Source: Nostoc sp. DedSLP01
GTDB taxonomy: Bacteria; Cyanobacteriota; Cyanobacteriia; Cyanobacteriales; Nostocaceae
Direction: 5' to 3'
Length of the DNA: 64,000 bases
Assembly (NCBI GenBank): GCA_034530875.2
Contig: JAVRCJ020000027.1
Coordinates: 32,001-96,000 of the forward strand
The translations under genes were made by a program, and so were the position numbers. Below are positions 47,297-57,337 of the stretch, one piece after another (positions within the stretch are counted from its first letter, which is position 1; each line of letters starts with the position of its first letter). The notes beneath the pieces were generated by a model, which was given only the letters and a program-made list of their open reading frames with translations, was not told the DNA's origin and did not search any database.

Positions 47297-48076
47297 ATGT
47301 TGCCAAGAGAAGAACTTTTAAAAGGTGTTGAAAATCGAGATAGTGTAGCTCGTGTAATCGACCAAGCAGAGCAAGCTATTAAAACTTGGGAAGTAGTTGT
47401 GACGGATTTTTTATCTCCTCCAGAATTGGCGGAAATTCAACGAGTATTTAGCCGATTAACAGAGGTGCAATTAGTTGCTTGGGGTGGATATCCGCAAGCT
47501 GAACGCCAAAGAATAGCGATCGCTCGTTCGGAACTTCCCTTAGATTCATCTCAAGTCAGCCTTGTGGCGCTGGAAATTGCTGGTAATTTCTTATTTGATA
47601 CGGCAACTCACCGCGACTTTTTAGGCGCAATGCTGGGGACAGGAATTGTGCGGGAAAAGACGGGAGATATTATTGTTTTGGGAGAACGAGGGGCGCAAGC
47701 GATTGTCGCACCAGAGTTGGTGGAATTTTTAGAAATGAATCTCAAACAGGTGCGATCGGTGCCTGTAAAAACTCAACGCATTGAGATTACTGAATTAAAA
47801 GTTAGAGAGCCAAAGAAAAAAGAATTAACTACTGTGGAAGCATCTTTGCGATTAGATGCGATCGCCTCTGCTGGTTTTGGCATATCCCGCAGTAAAATGG
47901 TTGATTTAATCGACTCCGGTGATGTGCGCGTCAATTGGAAAGAAGTAACTCAAGCTAGTTCCCAAGTCAAATCCGGTGACTTAATCGCCATTCGTTCTAA
48001 AGGACGTTTGGAAGTCGGAGAAATCGCTGTGACTAAAAAAGACCGTTATCGCGTCCAACTAACTCGCTATATGTGA
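47297..48076 (+). CDS. YlmH/Sll1252-like S4 RNA-binding protein (photosystem II S4 domain protein)
   Basis: GGYPQAER, HRDFLGA, SLRLDAIASAGFGISRSK. Confidence 0.92.
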   Translation: MLPREELLKGVENRDSVARVIDQAEQAIKTWEVVVTDFLSPPELAEIQRVFSRLTEVQLVAWGGYPQAERQRIAIARSELPLDSSQVSLVALEIAGNFLFDTATHRDFLGAMLGTGIVREKTGDIIVLGERGAQAIVAPELVEFLEMNLKQVRSVPVKTQRIEITELKVREPKKKELTTVEASLRLDAIASAGFGISRSKMVDLIDSGDVRVNWKEVTQASSQVKSGDLIAIRSKGRLEVGEIAVTKKDRYRVQLTRYM

Positions 48077-48164
48077 TTTTTGGGTTAACTAAGTATCAGC
48101 TATATCCGTGCATAGTTACCCTCGATAGCAATCTTTCTCAGAGAAAGCACGAGCAAACTCAAAC

Positions 48165-48941
48165 TTAGAATTTAAATCTTTTTGCCAACATCTTTAGCAG
48201 AATTTTTCGCGGAACTAATCGAGCTAATATACTTCTAATTTGAGTTGGAAAATCGCCGAGAATAACAGTTGGTTGTCCTTCTTCTAAAGCTTTGAGCGAT
48301 TCGCTAACTACTTCTTGACAAGAAAAAACCTTTTCTGTACTACCTGCTAAAGCTGGAGGAAAATTAGCTTCTGTAAAAAAATTTGTTTCTATTGGCCCCG
48401 GACAAGTAACTAAAACACGGATGCCATATTGATAATTTTCTGCCCAGAGTGCTTCACTAAAGCTAATAATAAAAGCTTTACTAGCAGCATAAACAGAAAC
48501 ATAAGGTATTGGTTGAAATCCGGTAATTGAGGATACGTTAATAATACTTCCAGAGCGACGTTGCCGCATTAATGGGAGAAACTTATGAGTTAAATCTACC
48601 AATGACAAAATATTTAGTTGTATAATTTTAACTTGTCTTTCCCCATCTGATTCGGCAAAATCGCCATAAGATCCTAAACCAGCATTGTTGATTAATAAAT
48701 CAATCGTCAAGCCCTGAGTCTTTGTAATATCAAATACAGCAGCAGCAGCGTTAGGTTCTGTAAGGTCTTTAACTATAACGTCTACTTGAATTTTATGTTT
48801 TTCTTTTAGTTCTTGAGCTAATTGGTTGAGTTTATTTTTGGAACGAGCAACGAGTACAAGATTTGTATTGCGTGCAGCTAATTCCTGGGCAAAAGCCTTA
48901 CCAATACCACTAGAGGCACCAGTAATTAAAGCAGTTGACAT
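48165..48941 (-). CDS. SDR family oxidoreductase
   Basis: TGASSGIG, NNAG, YAASK. Confidence 0.92.
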   Translation of the reverse strand: MSTALITGASSGIGKAFAQELAARNTNLVLVARSKNKLNQLAQELKEKHKIQVDVIVKDLTEPNAAAAVFDITKTQGLTIDLLINNAGLGSYGDFAESDGERQVKIIQLNILSLVDLTHKFLPLMRQRRSGSIINVSSITGFQPIPYVSVYAASKAFIISFSEALWAENYQYGIRVLVTCPGPIETNFFTEANFPPALAGSTEKVFSCQEVVSESLKALEEGQPTVILGDFPTQIRSILARLVPRKILLKMLAKRFKF

Positions 48942-49147
48942 TCTACATTTTTAGATAGTTTTTCTAGCACATTCTAAATATTAGCTATAGTGCATATAAA
49001 TTTTAACTATCCAAAGTGATATACCGAAAAGGGTAAAGCTAGCACCCGCAGTGACTAAGCTGATACGCTTTTAAATTGCATAGTTCAACTCGCTAGAAAG
49101 AAGCAAGGACGCGGGGACACGGAGATGCAATTTGAATGACAATTAGC

Positions 49148-49726
49148 TTACCATTGTTCAGCCCAATAAATAATTTCTGAAGTGGAACTATTAATTGCCA
49201 CACCATAGCTATCTCCATGATTCCATTTGAAGCCCGATCTACCTCTGTCGGTTGCTTTTAAGACTAGTATTTCATAACTATCGGGAAAAGTTTCCGTAGG
49301 AGAGTCGCTAGTGTAGAAAAAAGTTGTCGGCACGCCATTAGGCTGATTTATATGGTCGTTTGTGTTACCGCCTCTATATTTATGCTTTGCACGATTTCTG
49401 TATTGTGAAAGTAATTTTTCTATTTTTTCTGCTGGTTGTTTTAATCTCATTTGAAAAAAACTACCCCCTTGTAAAAATCCAGGAGAGTAAGCGATACGAA
49501 CATTTTTAGCATCAGCTGGAATCTGATTAGGAAAATGTTTTAGTTCGTCTTTACTAGACCACAATTGATTGCGAATTTCTGTATAGCGTCTTGTATCCGT
49601 TATAATTTCAGGCTCACTAGTATTGCTAAAAGCTTTTTTTAGTAAAAAGCTTCCCCCGACAATACCAAGGCTGCCAAGGGAAAATAGAACTATCATGGCA
49701 GCTTGGACAAAATGCGCTCGCTTCAT
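49148..49726 (-). CDS. membrane-anchored hypothetical protein
   Basis: N-terminal TM; HFPNQIP, WNHG..YGVAI, IIYWAEQW. Confidence 0.75.
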   Translation of the reverse strand: MKRAHFVQAAMIVLFSLGSLGIVGGSFLLKKAFSNTSEPEIITDTRRYTEIRNQLWSSKDELKHFPNQIPADAKNVRIAYSPGFLQGGSFFQMRLKQPAEKIEKLLSQYRNRAKHKYRGGNTNDHINQPNGVPTTFFYTSDSPTETFPDSYEILVLKATDRGRSGFKWNHGDSYGVAINSSTSEIIYWAEQW

Positions 49727-50118
49727 CGAGTTAGACTAGCCTAATTTTTATTGTTATATATCTAACTACTAAACTAAACTCGTACTATTGCGGATACGGT
49801 AGTAGAGATATTAACGGAAACTTTGCGTATTCGGGCTAATTTTGCAGATTTTGTAAAATTTCTGTGAAGATAGTTAATATTTATCTAGTCAAATACCGTA
49901 ATACTAATTCAAAATTCACGCATTTATAAAATTAGATATCACAAGGGTTTGAGCTTATGTATCAGAAGCATTTTTTTCAAATTGGTATAAGTTTTCTTGT
50001 TGAGGTCATTACTAAGCGTATATAGCAATCCTCTTTCTACGAGGAATTCTCCGAATCAAGCCGGATTCCTATAGATAACTAAATTGATTTCATAGCTATC
50101 CATTCTTTTTTCAATTCT

Positions 50119-50210
50119 TCCCGATCGAGCAAGAACCAAAACGGATATATAAATAGTAGATGCACCTTAATTAAATCACAGCCCTCAGCTTTTAGCTGGG
50201 GGCTTTATTT
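50119..50210 (+). ncRNA. NsiR1-like sRNA unit 1 (promoter + transcript of about 55 nt)
   Basis: TCCCGA box, GTAGATGCACC at 50156, hairpin 50180-50204 plus T-run. Confidence 0.75.
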
Positions 50211-50263
50211 ATTGTCGTGATTTTTGATTCTGTAAACAAAAATTTTTTTCTAGGTCAAATTTA

Positions 50264-50356
50264 CCCGGATACTATAAAAACTAAAGCGGATTAATAAATG
50301 GTAGATGCACCTTAATAAACTTGATAGCTCTCAGCTTTTAGCTGGGAGCTTTATTT
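50264..50356 (+). ncRNA. NsiR1-like sRNA unit 2
   Basis: CCCGGA box, GTAGATGCACC at 50301, hairpin 50326-50350 plus T-run. Confidence 0.8.
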
Positions 50357-50500
50357 ACAGGAAATTGTCAGGCAGATAGGTACTAATTTTAAGAGCAAAA
50401 CTATATACCAAGAGAGTTAAAAGCCTATCCCTTGTTCCCTAATACATTGTTAATAGGTTTTATTCAAAAATATAAAAATTTTATTAAAAAATTGGCTTTT

Positions 50501-50600
50501 ACCGGATAGAGTCACAAGTAAAGTGGATTAATAAATGGTAGATGCACTCTAATAAATCACAGAAATCACAGCCCTCAGCCTTTGGTCTGAGGCTTTTATT
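50501..50600 (+). ncRNA. NsiR1-like sRNA unit 3
   Basis: ACCGGA box, GTAGATGCACT at 50538, hairpin 50570-50594 plus T-run. Confidence 0.78.
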
Positions 50601-51204
50601 ATTTAAATATAGATGGTAGCAAACTGGGAGCTAACCAGAGTGCATAACCAATAAATCCAAATAGTAAAGTAATCATACCTGTAAGAACGTAGCCGATACA
50701 AATTAATAAACCATCAAATTCGATGGTGGCAACTGTTAAAACTAAAATTCCTACAGTCGGTATGGGATTTGTAAAGGGGATTGGCGATATTAGTAATATT
50801 GTTAACCAAGAGATACAAAGTCCATTGATTCGCCAAGTTAAATGATTATGAGCTATTTTTCCCAGCCGAGGACGGGTGATTTTCTCTAAAACTTTGGTGA
50901 GGCGACCCAAGTTTTGCAAAAGTAATTGGGCAAAAGGACGAGGGAATTTGTAGTTAGCAATTCTTTTTGGTAACCAAGGCGATCGCCTTCCTAAAAGCAT
51001 TTGCACTGACAACAACAAACAAGCCCCACCAAAAGGGCCAGTTAATCCCGGTGGCATGGGAAATAAAAATGGCAAAACTAATAACGCAATTACTAGGCTG
51101 AACCCTCGTTCTGAAGTTTCTGCCAGAATATCACCTAGAGTCAGAGGTCGTTCGGCTAGGCGTTGTAATAAGGACTTTATATCTTGAGAAAATCTCAGAT
51201 GCAT
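50599..51204 (-). CDS. exoD: ExoD family exopolysaccharide synthesis protein; ORF extension to 51399 is translated STRR repeat
   Basis: ERGFSLVIALLVLPFLFP, QMLLGRRSPWLP, PIPFTNPIP, EFDGL. Confidence 0.88.
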   Translation of the reverse strand: MHLRFSQDIKSLLQRLAERPLTLGDILAETSERGFSLVIALLVLPFLFPMPPGLTGPFGGACLLLSVQMLLGRRSPWLPKRIANYKFPRPFAQLLLQNLGRLTKVLEKITRPRLGKIAHNHLTWRINGLCISWLTILLISPIPFTNPIPTVGILVLTVATIEFDGLLICIGYVLTGMITLLFGFIGYALWLAPSLLPSIFK

Positions 51205-51224
51205 TTGACGTGATTTCGCTCGAA

Positions 51225-51400
51225 GGGAGTGGGGAGTTGGGAGTGGGGGAGATGGGGAAGTGAGGGAGGTATGGGAGGATGGGGAAAGTAGCAAGGTGTG
51301 GGAGGTGTGGGAGGATGGGGAAGAAATCTTTCCTCCCACACTCCCCACACTCCCCCCTCTCTCCACACTCCTCACACTTCCTGCTTGCCCAATGCCCAAC
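51225..51400. repeat. STRR composite inverted repeat
   Basis: GGGAGTGGGGAG/GTGTGGGAGG arms, CCCACACTCC and TGCCCAA arms. Confidence 0.85.
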
Positions 51401-51402
51401 TT

Positions 51403-52287
51403 TTAACTCTTGGCTTGTGCGGGTACTAAAACAGCTATAGCTTTAGGTATAACTCGGAAATGTGCAGGTGTGTAAGTAGTAATTTCACCATCTGTATTAA
51501 TAGGGCGTGGTTTGCGAGTATGCAGTTGAATTTCCTGACCTTGAAGCGAGCGTACACTCTGCCAATGTATATGTCGCCCTTGTCGCATCCAGGGTAATAA
51601 TAATATAATCTGCCACCAGTGTTGGATTTCCAAACTATAAAGATCTAGTCTTTGGTCATCTATTGCTGCATCATCTGCTACTGCCATACCACCGCCGTAA
51701 TAACGGCCATTACCCACAGCAATTTGCACCGTTTTGACGCGAACTGATTCACCATTGATGAGAATCTCGGCACTAAAAGGTCTAGCTGACCAAATCACTT
51801 GCAATGCAGTAGCGGCGTAAGCAAATACTCCCCAACGGCGTTTAACTTCTTTGGTAAGTTGTTGGGTAATTTTTACACTCAATCCCAAACTGGCAACGTT
51901 AAAAAAATGTTTGCCATTTACCCAACCCAAGTCAATGCGGTGTAAATTTTTCTCGGCAATAATATTACAAGCTTCGTTCAGGGAGTTGGGGATTCCTAAA
52001 GTTCTTGCTAAATCGTTGGCAGTTCCCAAAGGTAAGATTCCTAATGGCAACTGAGTTTCAACTAAAGCATCTACTGCGGCATTGAGAGTACCATCACCAC
52101 CGCCAACTATTACTAAATCAACTTTATCTTGGTGGCGAAGTATGACTTCATGAAGTTGTTTTGGATGTTCTGTAGACTCCTCAATTAAAATCAAGCCGAG
52201 TGTCTTTAAATAATCAATTGCTTCCGACAAACCTTGTTGCCCTTGGCGGGCATGACGATTCACTAACAGCAGTGCGCGGGAACTCAT
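51403..52287 (-). CDS. YegS/DAGK-like lipid kinase
   Basis: GGGDGTLN, LPLGTANDLA, GNGRYYGGG, NTDGE. Confidence 0.92.
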   Translation of the reverse strand: MSSRALLLVNRHARQGQQGLSEAIDYLKTLGLILIEESTEHPKQLHEVILRHQDKVDLVIVGGGDGTLNAAVDALVETQLPLGILPLGTANDLARTLGIPNSLNEACNIIAEKNLHRIDLGWVNGKHFFNVASLGLSVKITQQLTKEVKRRWGVFAYAATALQVIWSARPFSAEILINGESVRVKTVQIAVGNGRYYGGGMAVADDAAIDDQRLDLYSLEIQHWWQIILLLPWMRQGRHIHWQSVRSLQGQEIQLHTRKPRPINTDGEITTYTPAHFRVIPKAIAVLVPAQAKS

Positions 52288-52736
52288 AGGTAGTACCTTT
52301 TGTAATTAATATGTGCAAGTATCCGCATCTGTTTACTCTGCTTACATTGACTATGAGAAATTTTGAAAAATGCGATCGCAATTATCATAAATTCATTTTC
52401 ACAACATTTAATTATATTGTTATATTGCTATTTTTTCAGTTCTATTTACTCTAATTTAACTCAATCACCTATTGATACTTCGCTCGTCAGTACATAGAGT
52501 GGCGATCGCAACTTCAACTACAGATTAGGAAAACGTTGCCCAAACCCTTAAATTTCAAAAACTCGTAGTTATAATTTTGTAGTATTCCAGGAACAAAGAA
52601 AGCTACATTGTATTCTATGTAACTAGTGCTTTTATATCTGCTTACCTTAGAGAAGTTGTAAAAGCATTGACATAGTGTTATGCACTAAAAGCATTTCTAT
52701 TTTTTCTAATTCACTAAATTAGTTGATACAAAAATT

Positions 52737-53453
52737 ATGAGGTCATCAATGCATCGAATTAAATTTTGGGTACTTTTGCCATTAACTCTGATATTTGGTT
52801 GCTCAGATCAATTGTTTCAATCTATCCCGACTATAGCGAAATCTCAACCAGAAATAGTTAAACAAAATAACCCGACTTTGTTAGCAAAAGCAACTTACCT
52901 TTCACCACTGGAACAACAGGTAATTGTTGAAACAAATAAAGTCAGAACAAATCCCAAATCATATATCCCGGTTTTACAAAACTATCGCAAGCAGTTTCAA
53001 GGTAACCGAGTCAAAATTTCTCAAAATACTTATTTGCGAACTCAAGAAGGAGTACAAGCAGTTGATGAGGCGATCGCATTTCTGAAATCAGCACGTCCTG
53101 TCGGGGCTTTGAGTGCATCTAAAGGTATGTCCTTAGCTGCAAAAGACCACGTTAAAGACCAAGGCCCAAAAGGTGCCACAGGTCACGATGGTAGCGATGG
53201 TAGCAACCCTTTTACTCGTATCAACCGCTATGGTAGATGGCTGACAACCGCAGGTGAAAATATTAGTTACGGGCCAAACACGGCACAAGATATCGTTATG
53301 CAATTAATTATTGATGATGGCGTCCCCGATCGCGGTCATCGAAAAAACATTTTTAACGGCGGTTTTAAAGTATCTGGTGTAGCTTATGGAACTCACAAAT
53401 CATATAGAACAATTTGTGTAATTAACTACGCTGGGGGCTATCGGGAAAAATAA
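52737..53453 (+). CDS. CAP/SCP domain protein, probable lipoprotein
   Basis: IFGC lipobox-like; [27 protein letters not shown]. Confidence 0.88.
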   Translation: MRSSMHRIKFWVLLPLTLIFGCSDQLFQSIPTIAKSQPEIVKQNNPTLLAKATYLSPLEQQVIVETNKVRTNPKSYIPVLQNYRKQFQGNRVKISQNTYLRTQEGVQAVDEAIAFLKSARPVGALSASKGMSLAAKDHVKDQGPKGATGHDGSDGSNPFTRINRYGRWLTTAGENISYGPNTAQDIVMQLIIDDGVPDRGHRKNIFNGGFKVSGVAYGTHKSYRTICVINYAGGYREK

Positions 53454-53697
53454 TGAAGGCTGGAGGCAGGGGGCAAAAGGCCGGAGGCCGTTTTTGTAAT
53501 AAGGATTTATACCCGGTTCCAAAAACTTTGGACGCGATTGTTTCGATAATTTCAGCTGCTTTTTCTATTATCTCGCCTCTATCAAAAATCTATCTCTAAT
53601 TCACTGCTTTTCTCCTTCAACAGTTAGAAGCAGTGAATTTTACTGCCGTGCAAAGCTATGAGAGCAAGTCTTCATTCTCTGGCAAAAGGATAAATTT

Positions 53698-54735
53698 ATG
53701 GATATTAGCAGACGAGATTTACTCAAGGTAGTTTCTGCTTCTGGTTTGGGTGCAGCCGGGGTTTTCGCTTCAGAAGGTATAGCCAAACAGGTTTTAGCCC
53801 AAAATCGGTCTACCCTATCCCAGATTAAAAAAGGCGAAATGGTCTACAGGCCACTAGGACGCACTGGAGAACAAGTATCTGTAATTGGTTTAGGCGGTCA
53901 TCATATTGGTAGACCAAAAGACGAACAAGAGGGTATTCGACTAATCCGTGCTGCCCTCGATCGCGGAATTAATTTTATGGACAATAGCTGGGATTACCAT
54001 AATGGAGGTAGCGAAATTCGCATGGGTAAAGCTTTGCAAGATGGCTATCGCCAAAAAGCTTTTCTCATGACTAAAATCGACGGTCGCACAAAGGCCGCTG
54101 CTGCTAAACAAATTGATGAATCTTTAAAACGTTTGCAAACAGACCGCATTGATTTGTTACAGCATCATGAAGTCATTCGTATGGAAGACCCAGACCGGAT
54201 TTTTGCTCCTGGCGGTGCGATGGAAGCAGTTGTAGAAGCACAAAAAGCTGGCAAGATTCGCTACATAGGTTTTACCGGACACAAAGACCCTTTAGTACAC
54301 CTGAGAATGTTGGAAGTTGCCAATCAAAATAATTTCCGTTTTGATGCGGTGCAAATGCCGTTAAATGTTATGGATGCCCATTTTCGCAGTTTTGAGAGGC
54401 AAGTTTTACCCAAACTAGTTGAAAATGGAATTGCTGTACTGGGTATGAAATCAATGGGCGACCAAAACATCCTCAAAAGCAATGTGGTAAAACCTATCGA
54501 ATGTCTCCATTACGCGATGAATCTACCAACTTCAACGGTGATTACAGGCATTGAAAGTATGCCCATCCTAGACCAAGCTTTCGAGGCAGTACGTACTTTT
54601 AAACCCATGAGCCAGGAACAAGTGAAAGCGTTACTGAATCGGACTCGTCAAGCCGCTGCTAAAGGTCAGTATGAATTGTTTAAAACCAGTAACCAATTTG
54701 ATAGTACAGCCAAAAATCCTGAATGGTTAGGATAA
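53698..54735 (+). CDS. aldo/keto reductase with twin-arginine signal
   Basis: SRRDLLK; RPLGRTG, DNSWDY, SLKRLQTDRIDL, GKIRYIGFTGH. Confidence 0.9.
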   Translation: MDISRRDLLKVVSASGLGAAGVFASEGIAKQVLAQNRSTLSQIKKGEMVYRPLGRTGEQVSVIGLGGHHIGRPKDEQEGIRLIRAALDRGINFMDNSWDYHNGGSEIRMGKALQDGYRQKAFLMTKIDGRTKAAAAKQIDESLKRLQTDRIDLLQHHEVIRMEDPDRIFAPGGAMEAVVEAQKAGKIRYIGFTGHKDPLVHLRMLEVANQNNFRFDAVQMPLNVMDAHFRSFERQVLPKLVENGIAVLGMKSMGDQNILKSNVVKPIECLHYAMNLPTSTVITGIESMPILDQAFEAVRTFKPMSQEQVKALLNRTRQAAAKGQYELFKTSNQFDSTAKNPEWLG

Positions 54736-54754
54736 GTTTTCGCTAGGGCGTGTT

Positions 54755-55381
54755 TTAAATTTGCAGTAGTAAAAGTCCACTGGTTAAAGCTTCATCCCAC
54801 AGAGGCGATTTCTGGATTTCTGGCAAAGACAGAGGTGGATTTATAGGTTGTCTAAAATTGTCGCCATCAGACAAGAAAGATTGCTCTGGTTGCAGAGATA
54901 ATTGCCAATAGCCCACATCATGCCACTTACCAAATTTAAACCCAACTCGCTGAAAGACTCCCACAGGTGCAAAACCAACAGCCTCATGTGCGGCTACACT
55001 TGGTTGATTGGGTAAAGCGATCGCAGCCACCACATTATAAAATCCTTGCAGTTGCAATAATTTAAACAGCACCGTATACAAGGCTTTGGCAATTCCTTGG
55101 CGACGATGATTCTCAATGACGTACACGGAAGATTCTACAGACCATTGGTAAGCCGCACGAGTACGATAAGGACTAGCATAAGCGTAGCCTACAACCTCGC
55201 CATCAATTTCGCAAACAAGCCAAGGCATCCGCTGTTGATAGCTTTCGATTCGCTGTTGAAACTCAATTTCGCTGGGCGGTTCTAGCTCAAAGGAAATTGT
55301 AGTTTCGCAGACAATCGGTGCATAAATCGCCAGCATTTGTAATGCATCTTGTTTCTTGGCTAGTCTGATTGTGGCTTTCAC
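54755..55381 (-). CDS. GNAT N-acetyltransferase (phosphinothricin/arsinothricin acetyltransferase-like)
   Basis: IYAPIV..ISFE, GYAYA..R.AYQW, PNQPSVAAHE, GFKFGKWHDV. Confidence 0.88.
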   Translation of the reverse strand: MKATIRLAKKQDALQMLAIYAPIVCETTISFELEPPSEIEFQQRIESYQQRMPWLVCEIDGEVVGYAYASPYRTRAAYQWSVESSVYVIENHRRQGIAKALYTVLFKLLQLQGFYNVVAAIALPNQPSVAAHEAVGFAPVGVFQRVGFKFGKWHDVGYWQLSLQPEQSFLSDGDNFRQPINPPLSLPEIQKSPLWDEALTSGLLLLQI

Positions 55382-55481
55382 TGCAAGTTTTTTAAAATCT
55401 ATGTTTTCTTAATTTTGAATTTTGAATTGATATAACTTGCTTCTTTAGAACAATTTGTGATAAGTTCATCTTTAGGTAAAA

Positions 55482-55507
55482 TACGGTAATTCAATCAATT
55501 TACCGTA
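55482..55507. promoter_or_regulatory. palindromic operator candidate TACGGTAA-N10-TTACCGTA
   Basis: perfect 8-bp arms; related site at 57803-57828. Confidence 0.6.
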
Positions 55508-55618
55508 CTTTAATTCATAACTCAATCTCCAAACACACGTCGAACAATGAGTACTGGGTGCTTAGATGAAGGAAGCACATCAGTACTTATTAAACGGTAT
55601 TTTGGAATCAAGCTTTCT

Positions 55619-56527
55619 ATGCAAATACAAACTGTTGGCATTTTAAGTCCGGGCGATATGGGGCAGGCGATCGCATCTGTACTCAATCAACATGGATTAA
55701 AAACCATTGCTGCCTTGAACAACCGAAGCGATGTCTACGACGGGCTACGCCTACGCACTCGACAATTAGCCGCCGCAGCTAACGTGGTTGATGTCGGTTC
55801 TCTAAAACAACTCGTCATTGAATCCGATGTGGTGCTGTCAGTGCTAGTTCCCGCAGCCGCAACAGAGGCAGCAGAACAAGTAGCCGAAGTAATAGCAAGC
55901 GTTGGTAAAAATATTTTATATGTTGATGCCAATGCCATATCACCCCAAAAAGTCAAAAATATTGCCCAAATTATCGAATTAAAGGGCGGACGATTTGTCG
56001 ATGCATCAATTATCGGCCCGCCTCCACGAGTTCCCAATCGCACCCGCATCTATGCATCAGGGAAACACGCCCTTCAACTCCAACAACTGCGAGATTATGG
56101 ATTAGATATAAGGGCGATCGGCGATGAAATTGGTCAAGCTTCTGGTTTAAAGATGTGTTACGCAGCTTTAACAAAAGGACTGACAGCAATCGGTACAGAA
56201 TTACTAATTGCAGCCCATCGTTTAGGTTTAGATACGCAACTATGGGATGAAGTATCGAGCAGCCAACCAGAATTAGCCAAAATCCTCACCCGTTCTCTAC
56301 CATCAATGACACCAAAAGCACATCGATGGATTGGCGAAATGGAAGAAATTGCAGATACATTTGCAGCATTAGATTTGACCGATCGCATTTTTCAAGGTGC
56401 AGCTGATGTTTATCGCCTAGTGAAAGAAACCTCATTGGGTAGGGAAACACCAGAAGAAAGCAATCGCGATCGCCCACTACCAGACATAATTACTACTCTT
56501 TCCCAAGAATCTTTAAATAGTCATTAG
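55619..56527 (+). CDS. NAD(P)-dependent oxidoreductase (6PGD/HIBADH-like, DUF1932 C-terminus)
   Basis: VGILSPGDMG, DANAISP, ASGLKMCYA..TKG, RWIGEMEEIA. Confidence 0.85.
   Translation: MQIQTVGILSPGDMGQAIASVLNQHGLKTIAALNNRSDVYDGLRLRTRQLAAAANVVDVGSLKQLVIESDVVLSVLVPAAATEAAEQVAEVIASVGKNILYVDANAISPQKVKNIAQIIELKGGRFVDASIIGPPPRVPNRTRIYASGKHALQLQQLRDYGLDIRAIGDEIGQASGLKMCYAALTKGLTAIGTELLIAAHRLGLDTQLWDEVSSSQPELAKILTRSLPSMTPKAHRWIGEMEEIADTFAALDLTDRIFQGAADVYRLVKETSLGRETPEESNRDRPLPDIITTLSQESLNSH
55733..55753 (+). mobile_element. 21-bp short dispersed repeat inserted into a HIP1 site (SDR5-like)
   Basis: GCGAT[GTCTACGACGGGCTACGCCTA]CGC; removal restores GCGATCGC and keeps the frame. Confidence 0.85.
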
Positions 56528-56650
56528 TCATTGGTCATTTCTCCCCCTGCCCCTCTCTCTGCCCCGTCTGCTCCCCCTGCTTCCCCTACTTCCCCTGCTC
56601 CCCCTGCTCTCTATTTCCTACTCCCCACTCCCCACTCCCCACTCCCTCTT
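56517..56650. repeat. STRR tandem repeats
   Basis: TAGTCAT, CCCCTGCT and CTCCCCA units. Confidence 0.8.
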
Positions 56651-56654
56651 CAAT

Positions 56655-57335
56655 ATGGGCAAATTCAATTTAGTAATTTTTGATTGTGATGGTGTTCTTG
56701 TAGATAGTGAGAACATCGCCAATGTTATTTTATTGGAAATGCTCAATCAAATAGGACTATTTATAACTTTAGAAGATGTATTTAATATTTGTGGTGGTAA
56801 ACCTACGGCTGTATGTCTAGAAATTGTTCAGAATATGCTTGGTCAATCTTTACCAGATAACTTTGCAGTTGAATTTGAACAACGAATGATGGAAGCTTTC
56901 ATCACAGACCTGAAACCAGTGCAAGGAATACATGAGGTTTTAAATCAGCTGAATCTTTCTTATTGTGTTGCTTCCAATAGTAGCCACAATTGGATACAGC
57001 AAGCTTTATTGAAAACAGATTTACTTGCTTACTTTTCAAGAAAAATATTCAGTGCTACAGGCACTTTACGTAGCAAACCACATCCAGATGTATTTTTATA
57101 TGCAGCCGAACAGATGGGATTTTCTCCACAAGAATGTGTAGTTATTGAAGATACACCAACAGGTGTTATGGCTGGAGTTAATGCCGGGATGACTGTATTT
57201 GGTTATACAGAATTGATAAAGCCAGAAAAACTTCGTGAAGTTGGTGCATCTGTTGTATTTAATGATATGAGATTATTACCAGAATTGCTTGAGCAGCAAA
57301 ATCACGAATCTCTTAAGAGTACTATTACAAATTAA
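56655..57335 (+). CDS. HAD family hydrolase (subfamily IA)
   Basis: FDCDGVLVDSE, ASNS, KPHPD, IEDTPTG. Confidence 0.92.
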   Translation: MGKFNLVIFDCDGVLVDSENIANVILLEMLNQIGLFITLEDVFNICGGKPTAVCLEIVQNMLGQSLPDNFAVEFEQRMMEAFITDLKPVQGIHEVLNQLNLSYCVASNSSHNWIQQALLKTDLLAYFSRKIFSATGTLRSKPHPDVFLYAAEQMGFSPQECVVIEDTPTGVMAGVNAGMTVFGYTELIKPEKLREVGASVVFNDMRLLPELLEQQNHESLKSTITN

Positions 57336-57337
57336 CC

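Noticed and set aside
50119..50600. CRISPR array interpretation of the three repeats
   Set aside because: Spacing is irregular (145 and 237 bp), each unit has its own promoter box and terminator, and no cas genes are present
51205..51399. 65-aa N-terminal extension of ExoD in the ORF track
   Set aside because: It is translated STRR repeat; the ExoD-like sequence begins at MHLRFSQ (51204)
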